This document shows positions 10,549-21,322 of a stretch of 64,000 nt of DNA, one piece after another. Every line of letters starts with the position of its first letter. Positions within the stretch are counted from its first letter, which is position 1. Position numbers and translations under genes: made by a program. This stretch comes from a virus: positions 9,719-73,718 of IMG/VR virus record IMGVR_UViG_2757320370_000007, one strand, 5' to 3'. The notes under the pieces were generated by a model, which searched no databases, was not told the origin of the DNA, and saw only the letters and a program-made list of their open reading frames with translations.

Positions 10549-12779
10549 GTGTGACGAACCCTATCACGTTCCTCAGCCCGTTTTGCTGAGTTGAAATTAT
10601 TTACATTTCCTGTCAAATACCCTGTCACCCTACGAATTTTAGATATTTTTTCTTCACTGTTTTCACCACAGGCAGGACATTCTTTATTAATCACTCCGTC
10701 ATAATAACAAGACATACACTTGTCAACTGGATGATTAATGCTAAAATATCCAATATTTTTACTCAGAGCATATTGCACAATATTTTTAAATGCTTCTAGA
10801 TTATTTCTAGCATTACCATCAAGTTCTACATAGGAAATGTGACCAGCATTTGTTAGTTTATGAAATGGTGCCTCTAGATCAATCTTCTTATGAGCAGCAA
10901 TTTCATAGTATACAGGAATATGAAAAGAGTTGGTAAGATATTCTCTATCTGTTACCCCTTCAATTTTTCCATACTGTTTCTGAAGCATTCTAACAAACTT
11001 TCCTGCTAATGATTCCGCTGGAGATGCAAAACAAGTTACATTCATATCATATTCATCTGACTTCTTATCACAATAATCACGAATATATCCGATTAGTTCT
11101 TGACCAAAATACCAAACATTTTGATCTTCTCCGTGATGTTTTCCAAACAACGCTTTCAAGCATTCTGCTAATCCAACGAATCCAATGCTGACCGAACCCA
11201 TGCGAAGCAAATCTTTAATTTTCTGATTTGGATGGAGTTTTTCTCCGTCAATCCATGATCCATTTTGCATCATAAAATCACTTGCTTTTGCTGGTTGATT
11301 ACCTTGAATATCAAAACGATGAAGTAATCCATCAAGTGTAATATCAAGAATCTCATCTAGTTTGCTCCAGAAACCATTAACGTCAACTTCAGTTCTTCCA
11401 TTTACTACTCCGTTTTCAATGCCAAGTTTAGTTAGATTAATTGAATTAAACGAAATATTTCCACGACCAGATTGATATACTTCACCGAATCGATTTGAAA
11501 TAACTCGGGTTCTGCACCCCATCGTTGCTATTGAAGTATCTGGTTTAGTAGGATCATAATATTGAAGGTTAAAGTCCGCATCGACATTTACGAAGTTTGG
11601 AAAAAGTCTTTTACTGGAGCATTCAATTGCCTTTATAAAAATATCATAGTTTGGTTCGCCTAAATTTTGATTTACTCCTTGTTTACATTGAAAGATTAGC
11701 TGAGGGAAGATTGCTGTTTCTGAATGCCCAAGTCCATTCATAGATGCATTTAGAATAGCTTCAGATATCATTCTTCCTTCTGTACTAGTACACAATCCAA
11801 ATGTAATACTTGTGAAAGGAACTTGACCGCCAGCACGTGAGGCCATTGTATTTAGATTATGAATCATACTCTCTGCTGCTTGTTTCGTTTCCAGTCTTGT
11901 TTCTTCTAATGCATATGTATAAGACTTAGGAAAAACTTTCAGAAGATCAGTATTATCAACGTTCAACTCTTCAATGTCCACTGTTACAAATGTTTCACCG
12001 AAATACATTTGACCTTTCTTGAAGTGCTTCACGAATGACTTTGTTACATATGGGGCCAAATCCCAATCGAATTTAGATGCTCCACAGCCTCCATACTGAC
12101 TGTTTTGTTGGCACTGGAAGATAATAGCTACCTGAGCCATAGCTGTCATGATAGAGTTTGGAGTGCGTACAGAACCTTTATCACTAACCTGGAATCCATC
12201 TGCCAATAATTTATCAAATGGAATGAAGATGCAGTTATGTGTTCCAACTGCATAATGATCTAGGTCATGAACATGAATATATCCTTCATCTATAGCCTTA
12301 ACTAATCGTTTTGGAAGCATTACGTTTCTCGCATACATCTTACTATACTCTGATCCAAAACGATTCATTTTTCCACTGTATGATTCGCCATTTAGATTAG
12401 CGTTTTCTTTAGTGACTTCCTCATTATCTCCAGAAATAATCCCTTCCCCGATCTTAAACAATTCACTTTGTTTTAAGCGCTCTTCTGTTCTTTTTTGGCG
12501 GTATGTTATGTATTCTTTTGCAACATCTTTTCTGCTACTCATCATTAAGTCTTTCTCGATTAGGTCTTGAATCTGTTCCACTGAATATGTATTTTTACTC
12601 TTTTCTACTTGTTGGGTAACTTTCAAAGTGATTTTCTCTGCTAGTTCTTTATCAATTCCTACCTCAGTCATTCTCATTGCCTTAACAATTGCTTCTGTGA
12701 TTTTATTTGGATTATATTCACTAAGGATTCCATCTCTTTTAGTAACCTGCGTATCTGCCATCCCCTGTCTATTATTCAA
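10545..12779 (-). CDS. nrdD: Anaerobic class III ribonucleoside-triphosphate reductase with N-terminal ATP cone
   Basis: VTKRDG ATP cone, HVHDLD, MGCR, YLTNSFH, CxxC-CxxC, RRVTGYL glycyl-radical motif. Confidence 0.95.
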   Translation of the reverse strand: MNNRQGMADTQVTKRDGILSEYNPNKITEAIVKAMRMTEVGIDKELAEKITLKVTQQVEKSKNTYSVEQIQDLIEKDLMMSSRKDVAKEYITYRQKRTEERLKQSELFKIGEGIISGDNEEVTKENANLNGESYSGKMNRFGSEYSKMYARNVMLPKRLVKAIDEGYIHVHDLDHYAVGTHNCIFIPFDKLLADGFQVSDKGSVRTPNSIMTAMAQVAIIFQCQQNSQYGGCGASKFDWDLAPYVTKSFVKHFKKGQMYFGETFVTVDIEELNVDNTDLLKVFPKSYTYALEETRLETKQAAESMIHNLNTMASRAGGQVPFTSITFGLCTSTEGRMISEAILNASMNGLGHSETAIFPQLIFQCKQGVNQNLGEPNYDIFIKAIECSSKRLFPNFVNVDADFNLQYYDPTKPDTSIATMGCRTRVISNRFGEVYQSGRGNISFNSINLTKLGIENGVVNGRTEVDVNGFWSKLDEILDITLDGLLHRFDIQGNQPAKASDFMMQNGSWIDGEKLHPNQKIKDLLRMGSVSIGFVGLAECLKALFGKHHGEDQNVWYFGQELIGYIRDYCDKKSDEYDMNVTCFASPAESLAGKFVRMLQKQYGKIEGVTDREYLTNSFHIPVYYEIAAHKKIDLEAPFHKLTNAGHISYVELDGNARNNLEAFKNIVQYALSKNIGYFSINHPVDKCMSCYYDGVINKECPACGENSEEKISKIRRVTGYLTGNVNNFNSAKRAEERDRVRHT

Positions 12780-12782
12780 TCT

Positions 12783-13142
12783 CTATTCGCTTCTACTAAT
12801 TCCTGCATTAGCCCAGAACACGCTCTGCTCAAGGTTCGTCATAGCCAATGATTTTTCACGACCATTTGGAACCATTTCTTCGATTAGATAGGCGAGTTCT
12901 TTTGCCATATCTCTAATAGACTGATATTTTTCTGGCTGACCCTCTTTTGGAGAGTGGTAAGAAAAGTTATTTTCAATTGTCGGTCTGAAACGATTCTTCA
13001 CAAAAAATGCTACCTCGTCGATGATCATGTGCTTAAAAATATAGGTATAATCATCATAAATGTATTCCATATTCCCGCTAATTTCAGACTTTTCTACTTC
13101 TCCGATATACTTTCCTGTATATAATTCAACACACCTAATCAT
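12783..13142 (-). CDS. Acb2/Tad1-family hairpin domain protein (putative signalling-nucleotide sponge) with N-terminal extension
   Basis: NNFSYHSPKEGQPEKYQSIR..REKSLAMTNLEQSVFWANAGI pattern. Confidence 0.7.
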   Translation of the reverse strand: MIRCVELYTGKYIGEVEKSEISGNMEYIYDDYTYIFKHMIIDEVAFFVKNRFRPTIENNFSYHSPKEGQPEKYQSIRDMAKELAYLIEEMVPNGREKSLAMTNLEQSVFWANAGISRSE

Positions 13143-13184
13143 TTGATCTCTCCCTTTAGTTGATAAATTATTATTTTTACGATA

Positions 13185-13661
13185 TTATTGCTCAATCCGA
13201 ATCTTAAAAATATCGCCATTCTCATTATAGGAATGAATACTGAATACTGAATCAAATGTACTTGGTTCGCCTTCATTACAAGATGTAAAGTCAATCGCTC
13301 CGTTTGTTTTGGCATTTGGAATATTAAAGTACACTTCCTTATCTTCCTTTGTATCATCAGTACGATAAAGTGTTTTAGCAATGAGTTTGCATTTCTTTAC
13401 TAGTTTTGGATTATAGGATATTTCTTTAAAATCCTTCTCATTATTTAATTCTTTTTCATAGTCGCTTCTATTATTTTTAACTTCAGCATGAGAAAATTCG
13501 AGAAGATCATAATTCAATAAGGCATCTTTAATGTACAGATATGGAGAGTATCCTTGAGATGTCTTGAGATAACTTTGTTTAAGACTATCTAAGTGAGCAA
13601 CTTTATTTCCATTTTCGTCAAATACCAGCAGTTCAATTACTTCGCGTGTTCCATAATTCAT
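13185..13661 (-). CDS. Hypothetical phage protein
   Basis: ORF with AAGGAG RBS before MNYGTRE. Confidence 0.6.
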   Translation of the reverse strand: MNYGTREVIELLVFDENGNKVAHLDSLKQSYLKTSQGYSPYLYIKDALLNYDLLEFSHAEVKNNRSDYEKELNNEKDFKEISYNPKLVKKCKLIAKTLYRTDDTKEDKEVYFNIPNAKTNGAIDFTSCNEGEPSTFDSVFSIHSYNENGDIFKIRIEQ

Positions 13662-14181
13662 TTTATTTCTCCTTTTAATATGTATTTTCACTTTATAAAA
13701 CTTATTTCTTACTTAAGCCGATCATACCAAACTCTCTGATCAAACTCTCTCCAAGCTTCCTTCCAAAACTTCTCATCCAGAGTATCCATTTTCTTAAATT
13801 CCTTCACTCCGATGAATTCCTTTAACTTCTTCTTCACATAAGCATCCTCATGCAAATTCACCTCATTCTCGCTTCCCATATCATTCTTGAAACAATCATA
13901 CAGCGCATCTCCCAAACTTATGTATGTTTTATTTGTCATTGTTTAATCTTTTTAACACCTCCCCATTCTCCAATTTCATATCCTTCGGGAAGCTCATCGA
14001 TAATATCCCATCGACTTAATATATTCTCTTTCCTATCCCCTAAACTTTTACAGAAAACATTATTCTCGTCATACCAATGTACTGATCCACCAAACATTGA
14101 ATATTCTAGTGTTCCAAATCTTCCATCTTTCTTATGTTTCAGGATTTCCAATTAATCACCACCTTTTATACTCATATTTTA

Positions 14182-14210
14182 ATTATATGTTTACTTTATA
14201 AGTCTGTCAA
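14182..14210 (-). promoter_or_regulatory. Consensus sigma-A promoter with operator motif in the spacer
   Basis: TTGACA-gacttataaagtaaaca-TATAAT; faces the nrd cluster. Confidence 0.85.
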
Positions 14211-14403
14211 CAAGTTTCACAATCGATTCTTTGCTGCTCATAATCATCAGTAAAATATGGGCAACTCGTAGCACGGAATATGTATTTACCATTGTCTGAG
14301 ACCGGAGTAATGTTGTCAAACATTCTGAAGTAATCATTGTACTGAAGCTTGTAGAGCATAGTTGGAACCCACTCATCATTAACTAGTTTCTGGAATGTTC
14401 TCA

Positions 14404-14730
14404 TTAATTCTGAAATAAAAAATCGTTTTCTTCAGTTACAATTTCTTTAATATTCATCATAATTTTATCCGAGGTCATATTCACATCAGGAACGAAAGTT
14501 AATGCTTCAGCTACAGAATAACTACCATCTCTGTTTGCTTGTTGTGTTGATACTTGAACCAAGCAACCATTGGGCAAATTGCACACTTTTGTTGATTTCA
14601 TCCAGCCTTGAGATTCAGAACTTGCCTTACAAAGTAGAGCGAAAGTATCTCCATCTCCAACAACTTTGATATCTGAAACTTTCTTTTTTGCATCTTCAAT
14701 ACTATCAACTGACAGGTTTTTATTTTCCAT
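14404..14730 (-). CDS. Conserved phage protein (KASS..GWMKSTK..GCLVQV..AEALTFVP)
   Basis: Motif-rich small protein with RBS; function uncertain. Confidence 0.55.
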   Translation of the reverse strand: MENKNLSVDSIEDAKKKVSDIKVVGDGDTFALLCKASSESQGWMKSTKVCNLPNGCLVQVSTQQANRDGSYSVAEALTFVPDVNMTSDKIMMNIKEIVTEENDFLFQN

Positions 14731-14986
14731 TATTAATCATCCTTTTTATTTTATTTATGTTCTGATCAAAGATACATTTTATTTACTTCACATTTTCCCA
14801 GTTCTAAAACGTCTTTCCATCATTTTTTTGATTCCATCACTATCTTCTAGTGTTTTCTTCACTTCTTCATTTGTCGACATAGTATCAATTAGGTCATTAA
14901 AGAATTCTAATTCTACTCCCTTAAAAATCTTGCCAGCCTTTGTTCGTAATTCGCTTTTTTTCATTATTGTCTCCTTCATACTCTTA

Positions 14987-15046
14987 ATAAAATTTGACTT
15001 TCGTGTGCTTTTCAGTGTTAGAAATCCCTTATAAAACAAGGTTTTT
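14987..15046. repeat. Composite site: 18-bp palindrome + 17 bp + AAATCCCTT-N7-AAGGTTTTT
   Basis: Same fixed spacing at 20541-20599, 27930-27989 and 31629-31688. Confidence 0.75.
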
Positions 15047-15455
15047 TATTTCAATAGGTTCGCAATCTCATCGAGTTCAAGTTCAACTTTTTTATCATCG
15101 GAGAGTAACTTATCAAGTTTTGATTCCATTGCCTTTAGCTTCTGTTCTTCGTCTTTTCTATTCAGAATTTCAAATTTCAATTTCAAGTCTGTAATCCAAT
15201 CCTGGACATGATAGCCGCTAACATTATATGATTCCAGCACTCCTAAATCTTTAGCAGACAGTACATAAGCGTTTAACTTAATAAGAAGGTTAAGAATTTG
15301 TTCTTTCTGTAGTACTTGAATATTATGTCGTACTCCATCAATTTCAATTGAGCAGTTAGTAATTGGTGTAAACTTTTGAGACTTACTTAGTTTCTCTTTC
15401 TTAACTTCAATTTGTTTCTTCAGTTCAAGAATCTTTTGATCATTTGGGTTTGCCA

Positions 15456-16586
15456 TTATTCTTCATCTCCACTCTGAAATAGTTTTCCATTTACAAGATA
15501 TTGATCTCTGTATCTAGGTTTGTATTGCTCCCACAAATCTTCAAGCGATCCGCTGAATATAGTCACATTTTCCATAGAATATCCACCGTAATTCCATTTT
15601 GAAGTTACTTTTTTTCTAATTCTTAAGTTAAAAGAATTATTATCTTTTGCATCACCAATCACTTCAGCAGCACTATCTATATCATTTCCGATATAAATAC
15701 TTGTGCTGTAATGCCATGCATAATTTCCAATTTTAGTCCTGATCTTTTCACAGAATCTATCTTTCGTGTAATAGACGAATTCATCTTTTGACTCATCTTG
15801 TGGAGAATAATATGATTTGTGCTCAAGTAAGTCGAACATATAAGCATATCGTTCAGTACATTCCTCAGACAAACAGCCTATAACTCTATCGCCTAATGAT
15901 TTAAGTTGAATAGCATACAAGTCCGGTTTTTTACGATAATTTGTGGTCTCACTAGCAAAGATATAATGTTTGCCTTTGTTAACCACTTTGTATCTACTTT
16001 CTTCTCCCTGTTCCCCTCGAATCCACTTTCTATCCCAATAATCAAACCTCCCCATGTACACCAGTTCTTGATTATCTTTTGTTTTATATGTAGCTCCAAT
16101 AATCAATTCTTTTGACTTAATATACTCTTTGTTGTGCAGAATCTTATTGAATGAACTTATTTCTTGATAGTCTGGAGATTCTACAGGTATCAGCACTAAC
16201 TCCTTCCCTTCCCAAGCATATACAAATTCTCCTTCTAGTCCCTTCCCTTTGATTGAGTTAGCATTTTCTAGGATGTAAAGTAAATTCTCAATAGTAATTT
16301 CAAACTCAAATCCTCTTGGGTCATATACTCTCACGTATGCCTGTCGATGATTCCAGTCAGACACATAGTCTCCAACCTTCTTATTCAACACAAAGCCTGA
16401 TGTTGGTTCATTCTCATAGTCTACCGGATCGATATTATTGTCTCTCCAGCTTTCCCAGGAAGCTTTCTTTCTCAATACTCCTTTGTGATCTTCATAAATT
16501 ACGTAAGCCAATTTCTTGGTATATGTATTATCGCGATTCTGAAATCCAACTTTAATTTTAGTTGGAATGAATATATTTGTTTTCAA
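15456..16586 (-). CDS. Hypothetical phage protein (376 aa)
   Basis: Long ORF translationally coupled to its neighbours. Confidence 0.7.
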   Translation of the reverse strand: MKTNIFIPTKIKVGFQNRDNTYTKKLAYVIYEDHKGVLRKKASWESWRDNNIDPVDYENEPTSGFVLNKKVGDYVSDWNHRQAYVRVYDPRGFEFEITIENLLYILENANSIKGKGLEGEFVYAWEGKELVLIPVESPDYQEISSFNKILHNKEYIKSKELIIGATYKTKDNQELVYMGRFDYWDRKWIRGEQGEESRYKVVNKGKHYIFASETTNYRKKPDLYAIQLKSLGDRVIGCLSEECTERYAYMFDLLEHKSYYSPQDESKDEFVYYTKDRFCEKIRTKIGNYAWHYSTSIYIGNDIDSAAEVIGDAKDNNSFNLRIRKKVTSKWNYGGYSMENVTIFSGSLEDLWEQYKPRYRDQYLVNGKLFQSGDEE

Positions 16587-18601
16587 TTTAGCACTCCTTT
16601 TAAGGATTCCATTTCATTTTGAATCTCAGCAATCTTCTTGTCATAATATTTCATTTTGGATTCTTTGGCAGATTCAAAATCTATAATTATTGTTTTACAT
16701 TGTTTCTTATAATGCTTTACACATTCTTTTTCATCGTAGAAGATATTGAGTGATGTTCCAGTTAGTGATCGATATCCAGTGTTATCATATGGAGCAATCA
16801 CTTGTGCTAACGGTTTGCCATTCTTCCCAAATGGCCTAAAGTGAAATTCCGAATAATATACAGTTTTATTACTTGGCAATTCTTCATTGCTTACGACCAT
16901 AACTTTGGTGGGCTTAACATGACGGATTGGTTGATTATCAATATCGTTAAATCGATAATCGCATATCCAGACTTCTTCTCCAATCTTGACTACTTTGTTA
17001 TACTCAGTGTGATTCAATTATAAGCCCTCCCAATTATTTATTCCTAACTTCTATTGATTTCTTCAATAGCCACACCACTTAGCCTCATAATATCCAACAA
17101 CATATTTGGTATGTTTTCTCTTACACATTCCCATCCATACAGAGTAACACCATAATATGCACCTTCTACTTCAGCATCTTCATCAAACATATCTCCTCGA
17201 AGTCGAATCATTCTTTCTTTAAAATTTTCTTGTCCAATGCAATTGTATTCTTTATCGTAAACATCATATATTTCATCGTCTTCTTCTTTGTATTTATATG
17301 ATGTAATTATCTTACCTTCATTTCCAGCTACTGGATCAGATTTTAGCCATTCATACACTTCTTCATCTGATTTAGCTTGCAGATAGGTTACTATTCCGGC
17401 TTTACTGTCTTTTGGAGCAAAATGCTCAAACATAATTTTATATAGATTCATTTTTAATACGCCCTTCCTTCATATTAACGATCTTAATTATTTCATTATA
17501 TTTATTGCTATCAAAATGAATACTGTTCCTAATAAATGAGCCATATTCTTTTTGGTTATATAATTCCTTAAGTTCTTTAGTACACTTTTTAAAGTTTGAA
17601 AGCCCTGCAAACAACACTAGAACTGGGAAAAGAATAGTTGTTAGAGCAATGGCAATATTATTTGTGAAGCTGTGAAGAATAACCCCTTGATCACTATAAT
17701 AATATTCATATTTATCATTCCACTTGATTTGACGATATTTGAATAATGAATTATGCTGCTCCTTTGTTAATTGGAATTTTATGTACCCATATTCGGTTGG
17801 ACATTTATATTTATAGTTAGACACTTAGTACCTCCATTTATGTCTTGCTTTCTGTTCCTCTTGTCCCAATCTTTTAAAATGGCATTCCAACATTCATCTG
17901 ATCCCTTTAATAATAGATAGTCTGGAATTTTGTACGTATCTTGTACCCCATATTGACCAAGTTCAATAATATAATGTCCATTTGTTATCTCCCCCTCCAC
18001 CCATTTTGCATATTCAATGTTTTTCTCTTTATGCGACAGCTTAGTCCATTGATCATATAACTCTTGTGCGGTGTCAATATAGTTCAATCTTAGTTTTGAG
18101 TACATAACTTTGATCCTCCTTATTATAAAATACGCCTTTTACCGACTTCCTCGTTGATCTACAAGCTCTTTAATTAGCAAATCATGCAACTCTCTACTAA
18201 TACTCTTCCATTCCATGTCTTTATCTGTTCTAATGCCAATGCTAAACGAGTCTGTTACTGTATCTGTACAAATTCTTACCGATCCATTATTTACTTTAAG
18301 AATCGTCGTCCCTCTTTGTCCTGATAGCACACTACCCCACTCCTTTCCTTCTCTATGAAATCTCTCTTTTACGCAAACTCTAAATAATTTATTGCCTCAA
18401 TAACATCTATGTTCATCTAAGCACCAACCTCATGTTGAATCGACTCAATATCTGAAATCAGTTTCGTTGTTTCTTCGATATATTCTGGATACTCATTTTT
18501 AAGATAATCTACAGCAATCCATTCGCTCAAATCAAACCTTGCTTTTTCAAGCAGATTTAGTATTTCTTTCATCTGATCAACTATACCCATCAATCATTCT
18601 C

Positions 18602-18870
18602 CTAAGCCCAATATTCAACTGCATCTTCAAAATCAATCCAGAATGTTTCATTCATCTCCGTATCAGTCTCAACATCATAAAATTGAATCAACATTTCATT
18701 CCGATGATCTTCTTTAACGACAAAGCCTTCAGGGTGCAATTTCCAGCCGTTAGGAAAGGGTGCTCCCACCTATTGAGTTTCTGAAATACCTCATTTTCCG
18801 TTGAGGCAAGCCTACAAACAAATCCAGTGTAATCTTTTGTATCATTGTATCCTTCAATTCTTTCAGCCAT
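18602..18870 (-). pseudogene. Frameshifted hypothetical gene
   Basis: MAERIEG..KLNR continues as VGAPFPNGWKLHPEG..EYWA* in another frame near 18770. Confidence 0.5.
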
Positions 18871-19708
18871 TAATACTCATCATCTCCCGACTCTTCGATT
18901 TCATCAATTTTTGTTCTCAACAATTCAATGTCATCATCTAATTCCGCAACATTTGCCATCAATAGATTTATTTGAAGTTGTAACCTTGTTCTCGTTTCGA
19001 TTTTGGAGCCTAATTCATCAATCAATAAGTCATAATCATTCATGCCGCCCATTCCTTTCAGTATCAAATATATCTTTCATCAGTATTAATACCTTATCAC
19101 AGGTCTATCTTTCCAATCTCTTTTCCTATCAAGAACATATTTACCTCTATACTTGTCAGACAACTTAAGATTTTTCTGGGCTTCAAGCATGTCAATTTTT
19201 TCTGAAATGTCTCTGCGTTGTTTATATAGCTTATCTAGTTGTTCATATATCTGTTCCAATGTTGGATTTAGGTTGATCATTTCATACACCCTTTATATAT
19301 TATTGTTTGATTGCTTCTAGCAAACAATCAAGCGCTTCAGCAATATATCCATCCTCTTTATATTCAACGCTTAGTTGTTGATACACACCTTCAATCTGAT
19401 TATAAGCTCGATACAAAATATCTTTTTGCTCCTTGTTAATGTTCTTGGTTTTGATCACTGTTCATTCCTCCTTTTATTTGAGATAAAAGCATTATTTCAT
19501 TAGTCACACGACTAATCTATAAATTCATAATGCCCATGCTGGACGACATCAGGACCATCAGCCCAAACTTGGATACCTATAAATGAGTATATATTTTCAT
19601 CTCTTACGAGGAATTGTTCCCCAACTTCGTACCAATTGTAATCTTCTCTTTTAATCACTCTAATATTTTTCATTTTATATTTTCCTTTCTTATACATTAT
19701 TAATCTGA

Positions 19709-20047
19709 TTATAACTTTATATTTGACCCTTTCTCACATTCTTTAAGATATGCTTCAGCCCAACAACTTTTACAGAATGATTTTCCTTCTAGTGATTCTG
19801 GAAAAGGAAACACCATGCCTCTTTTATATATATTTCTTGTTTTTGTTCCACATTTATCGCATTCATGATAAACAATCTTATCTGCACTGTAACTAGGTTC
19901 AAATTCAACAGTCACTTCAAACTCTTCGTCACATTTCTGACATTCCCAATCCAACTTATTGTCGTCTGATAAACCATCAGTTAAGGCATGAGACATGTCA
20001 TTTTCGTATCCACAATAGGGGCAATCCACTGTATCGTAAATATTCAA
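19709..20047 (-). CDS. Double zinc-finger small protein
   Basis: Four CxxC motifs. Confidence 0.6.
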   Translation of the reverse strand: MNIYDTVDCPYCGYENDMSHALTDGLSDDNKLDWECQKCDEEFEVTVEFEPSYSADKIVYHECDKCGTKTRNIYKRGMVFPFPESLEGKSFCKSCWAEAYLKECEKGSNIKL

Positions 20048-20540
20048 TTCCTCCTTTCTAAATCAAACTTGTATTCTATCAGGTTTTTATTTTGCTAATG
20101 CAGCAAGTTCTTCCCATCGTTTTCTCACATTTGGACTAGTCATTCCATCATCATTTTCTAGTTTCTCTTTCGCTACTTTCCCCACCTCAGGTTTCCAATC
20201 TTCTATCCATTCACGCACCTGATTAATTAAATCATACTGGGGATAAAGAAGTTTGCTGCCATCAACGATTCCAAAAGGTCCTTCAATTCCTTTTGTTTTT
20301 CTTATAAATTCCATCCCAGACCAACCGCATTGAAATCCAGTCATACCTTGCTTTGAAGCAAAATAATTGAACATTGCAACCGTTACATTGGCAAGTGATT
20401 CAGCAATTGTATTGTAGTCATGACTTTGATTTTCTTGCTCATGTAAATAACTAATTAATTCTTCTTCCGTTGTAGGCCAAGCACCATACTTTCCATCTTT
20501 CAAATAAATCATCCTTTTTTATATGTATTTTTAGTTACTG

Positions 20541-20599
20541 ATGAAACAGTTCTTTTACGATGGAATGTACCTCTTAAAGCCCAATAGAATCAATGCTTT
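20541..20599. repeat. Composite site (18-bp palindrome + 17 bp + degenerate second palindrome)
   Basis: ATGAAA-cagttc-TTTTAC then AAAGCCCAA-TAGAATC-AATGCTTT. Confidence 0.6.
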
Positions 20600-21274
20600 C
20601 TCAAATCAAATTCCCTCAAAGTATCGGCAATCTCATCACTTGAAGCAAAACTCGGCTTTTTGTGATTAACCTTACCACTCAACCTTTTAATGTATTCTAC
20701 ATCTCTGTCTGATCCAACTTCTGGACCAACGTAAATTGTTTTGTCTTTCATATTTCCACCCACTCAACCTAATATGTATAACAGCCCTTGCGATACTGTT
20801 TTCCTTTGTACTTATATTTAGCAATAAAAGTTTTTACGAGTACTGTTCCGTTGGCAATCTTTTCTAAAACCAATGTTCCATACTTTGTCATCCAACGAAT
20901 CTTGCCCGTAAAGTTTAAACCGGAAACCTCTCTTGCGAGAGATCTCCAATTAACTCCACTTTCGATGCAGCGTTGTAAAGAGTGCTTACTAAACTTAATT
21001 TGTGAGGTATTCATAAGTTTCACCGTTTCTTAGCAGCTTTCAAATCTCGTTGCTTTTTATTTTTGGTGAGAGGGCTGCCTCCCTTTGCCATAGATTTGTC
21101 AGGTAGAATATAACCGAAAATCAATCCTTCTTTTTTACAATGTACTTTGGCTTCATTCTCGGCTCCGAGTCGATCTGTAGATACAAAGTCCTTGATTACC
21201 TTACTAGTTCCACTTTGAGTTGTTGCGATTCCGTAGAATTTAGTCATATGTATTTGATCTCCCTTGGTCTCTTT

Positions 21275-21319
21275 ATTATAGTTTATATTATTTATTTTGT
21301 ATATATGTTTATTTTATAA
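21275..21319 (-). promoter_or_regulatory. Promoter with operator variant
   Basis: TATACA-17-TATAAT preceded by TTATAAAATAAACATAT. Confidence 0.65.
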
Positions 21320-21322
21320 ATA

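Noticed and set aside
6585-12779. Introns or inteins in the nrd genes, as in SPbeta
   Set aside because: The ORFs are continuous and of normal length.
14788-15039. ORF-track starts lying inside the repeat sites (also 24041, 38410, 39828, 44879)
   Set aside because: Better RBS-linked starts lie downstream; the extensions are artefacts of the motifs.
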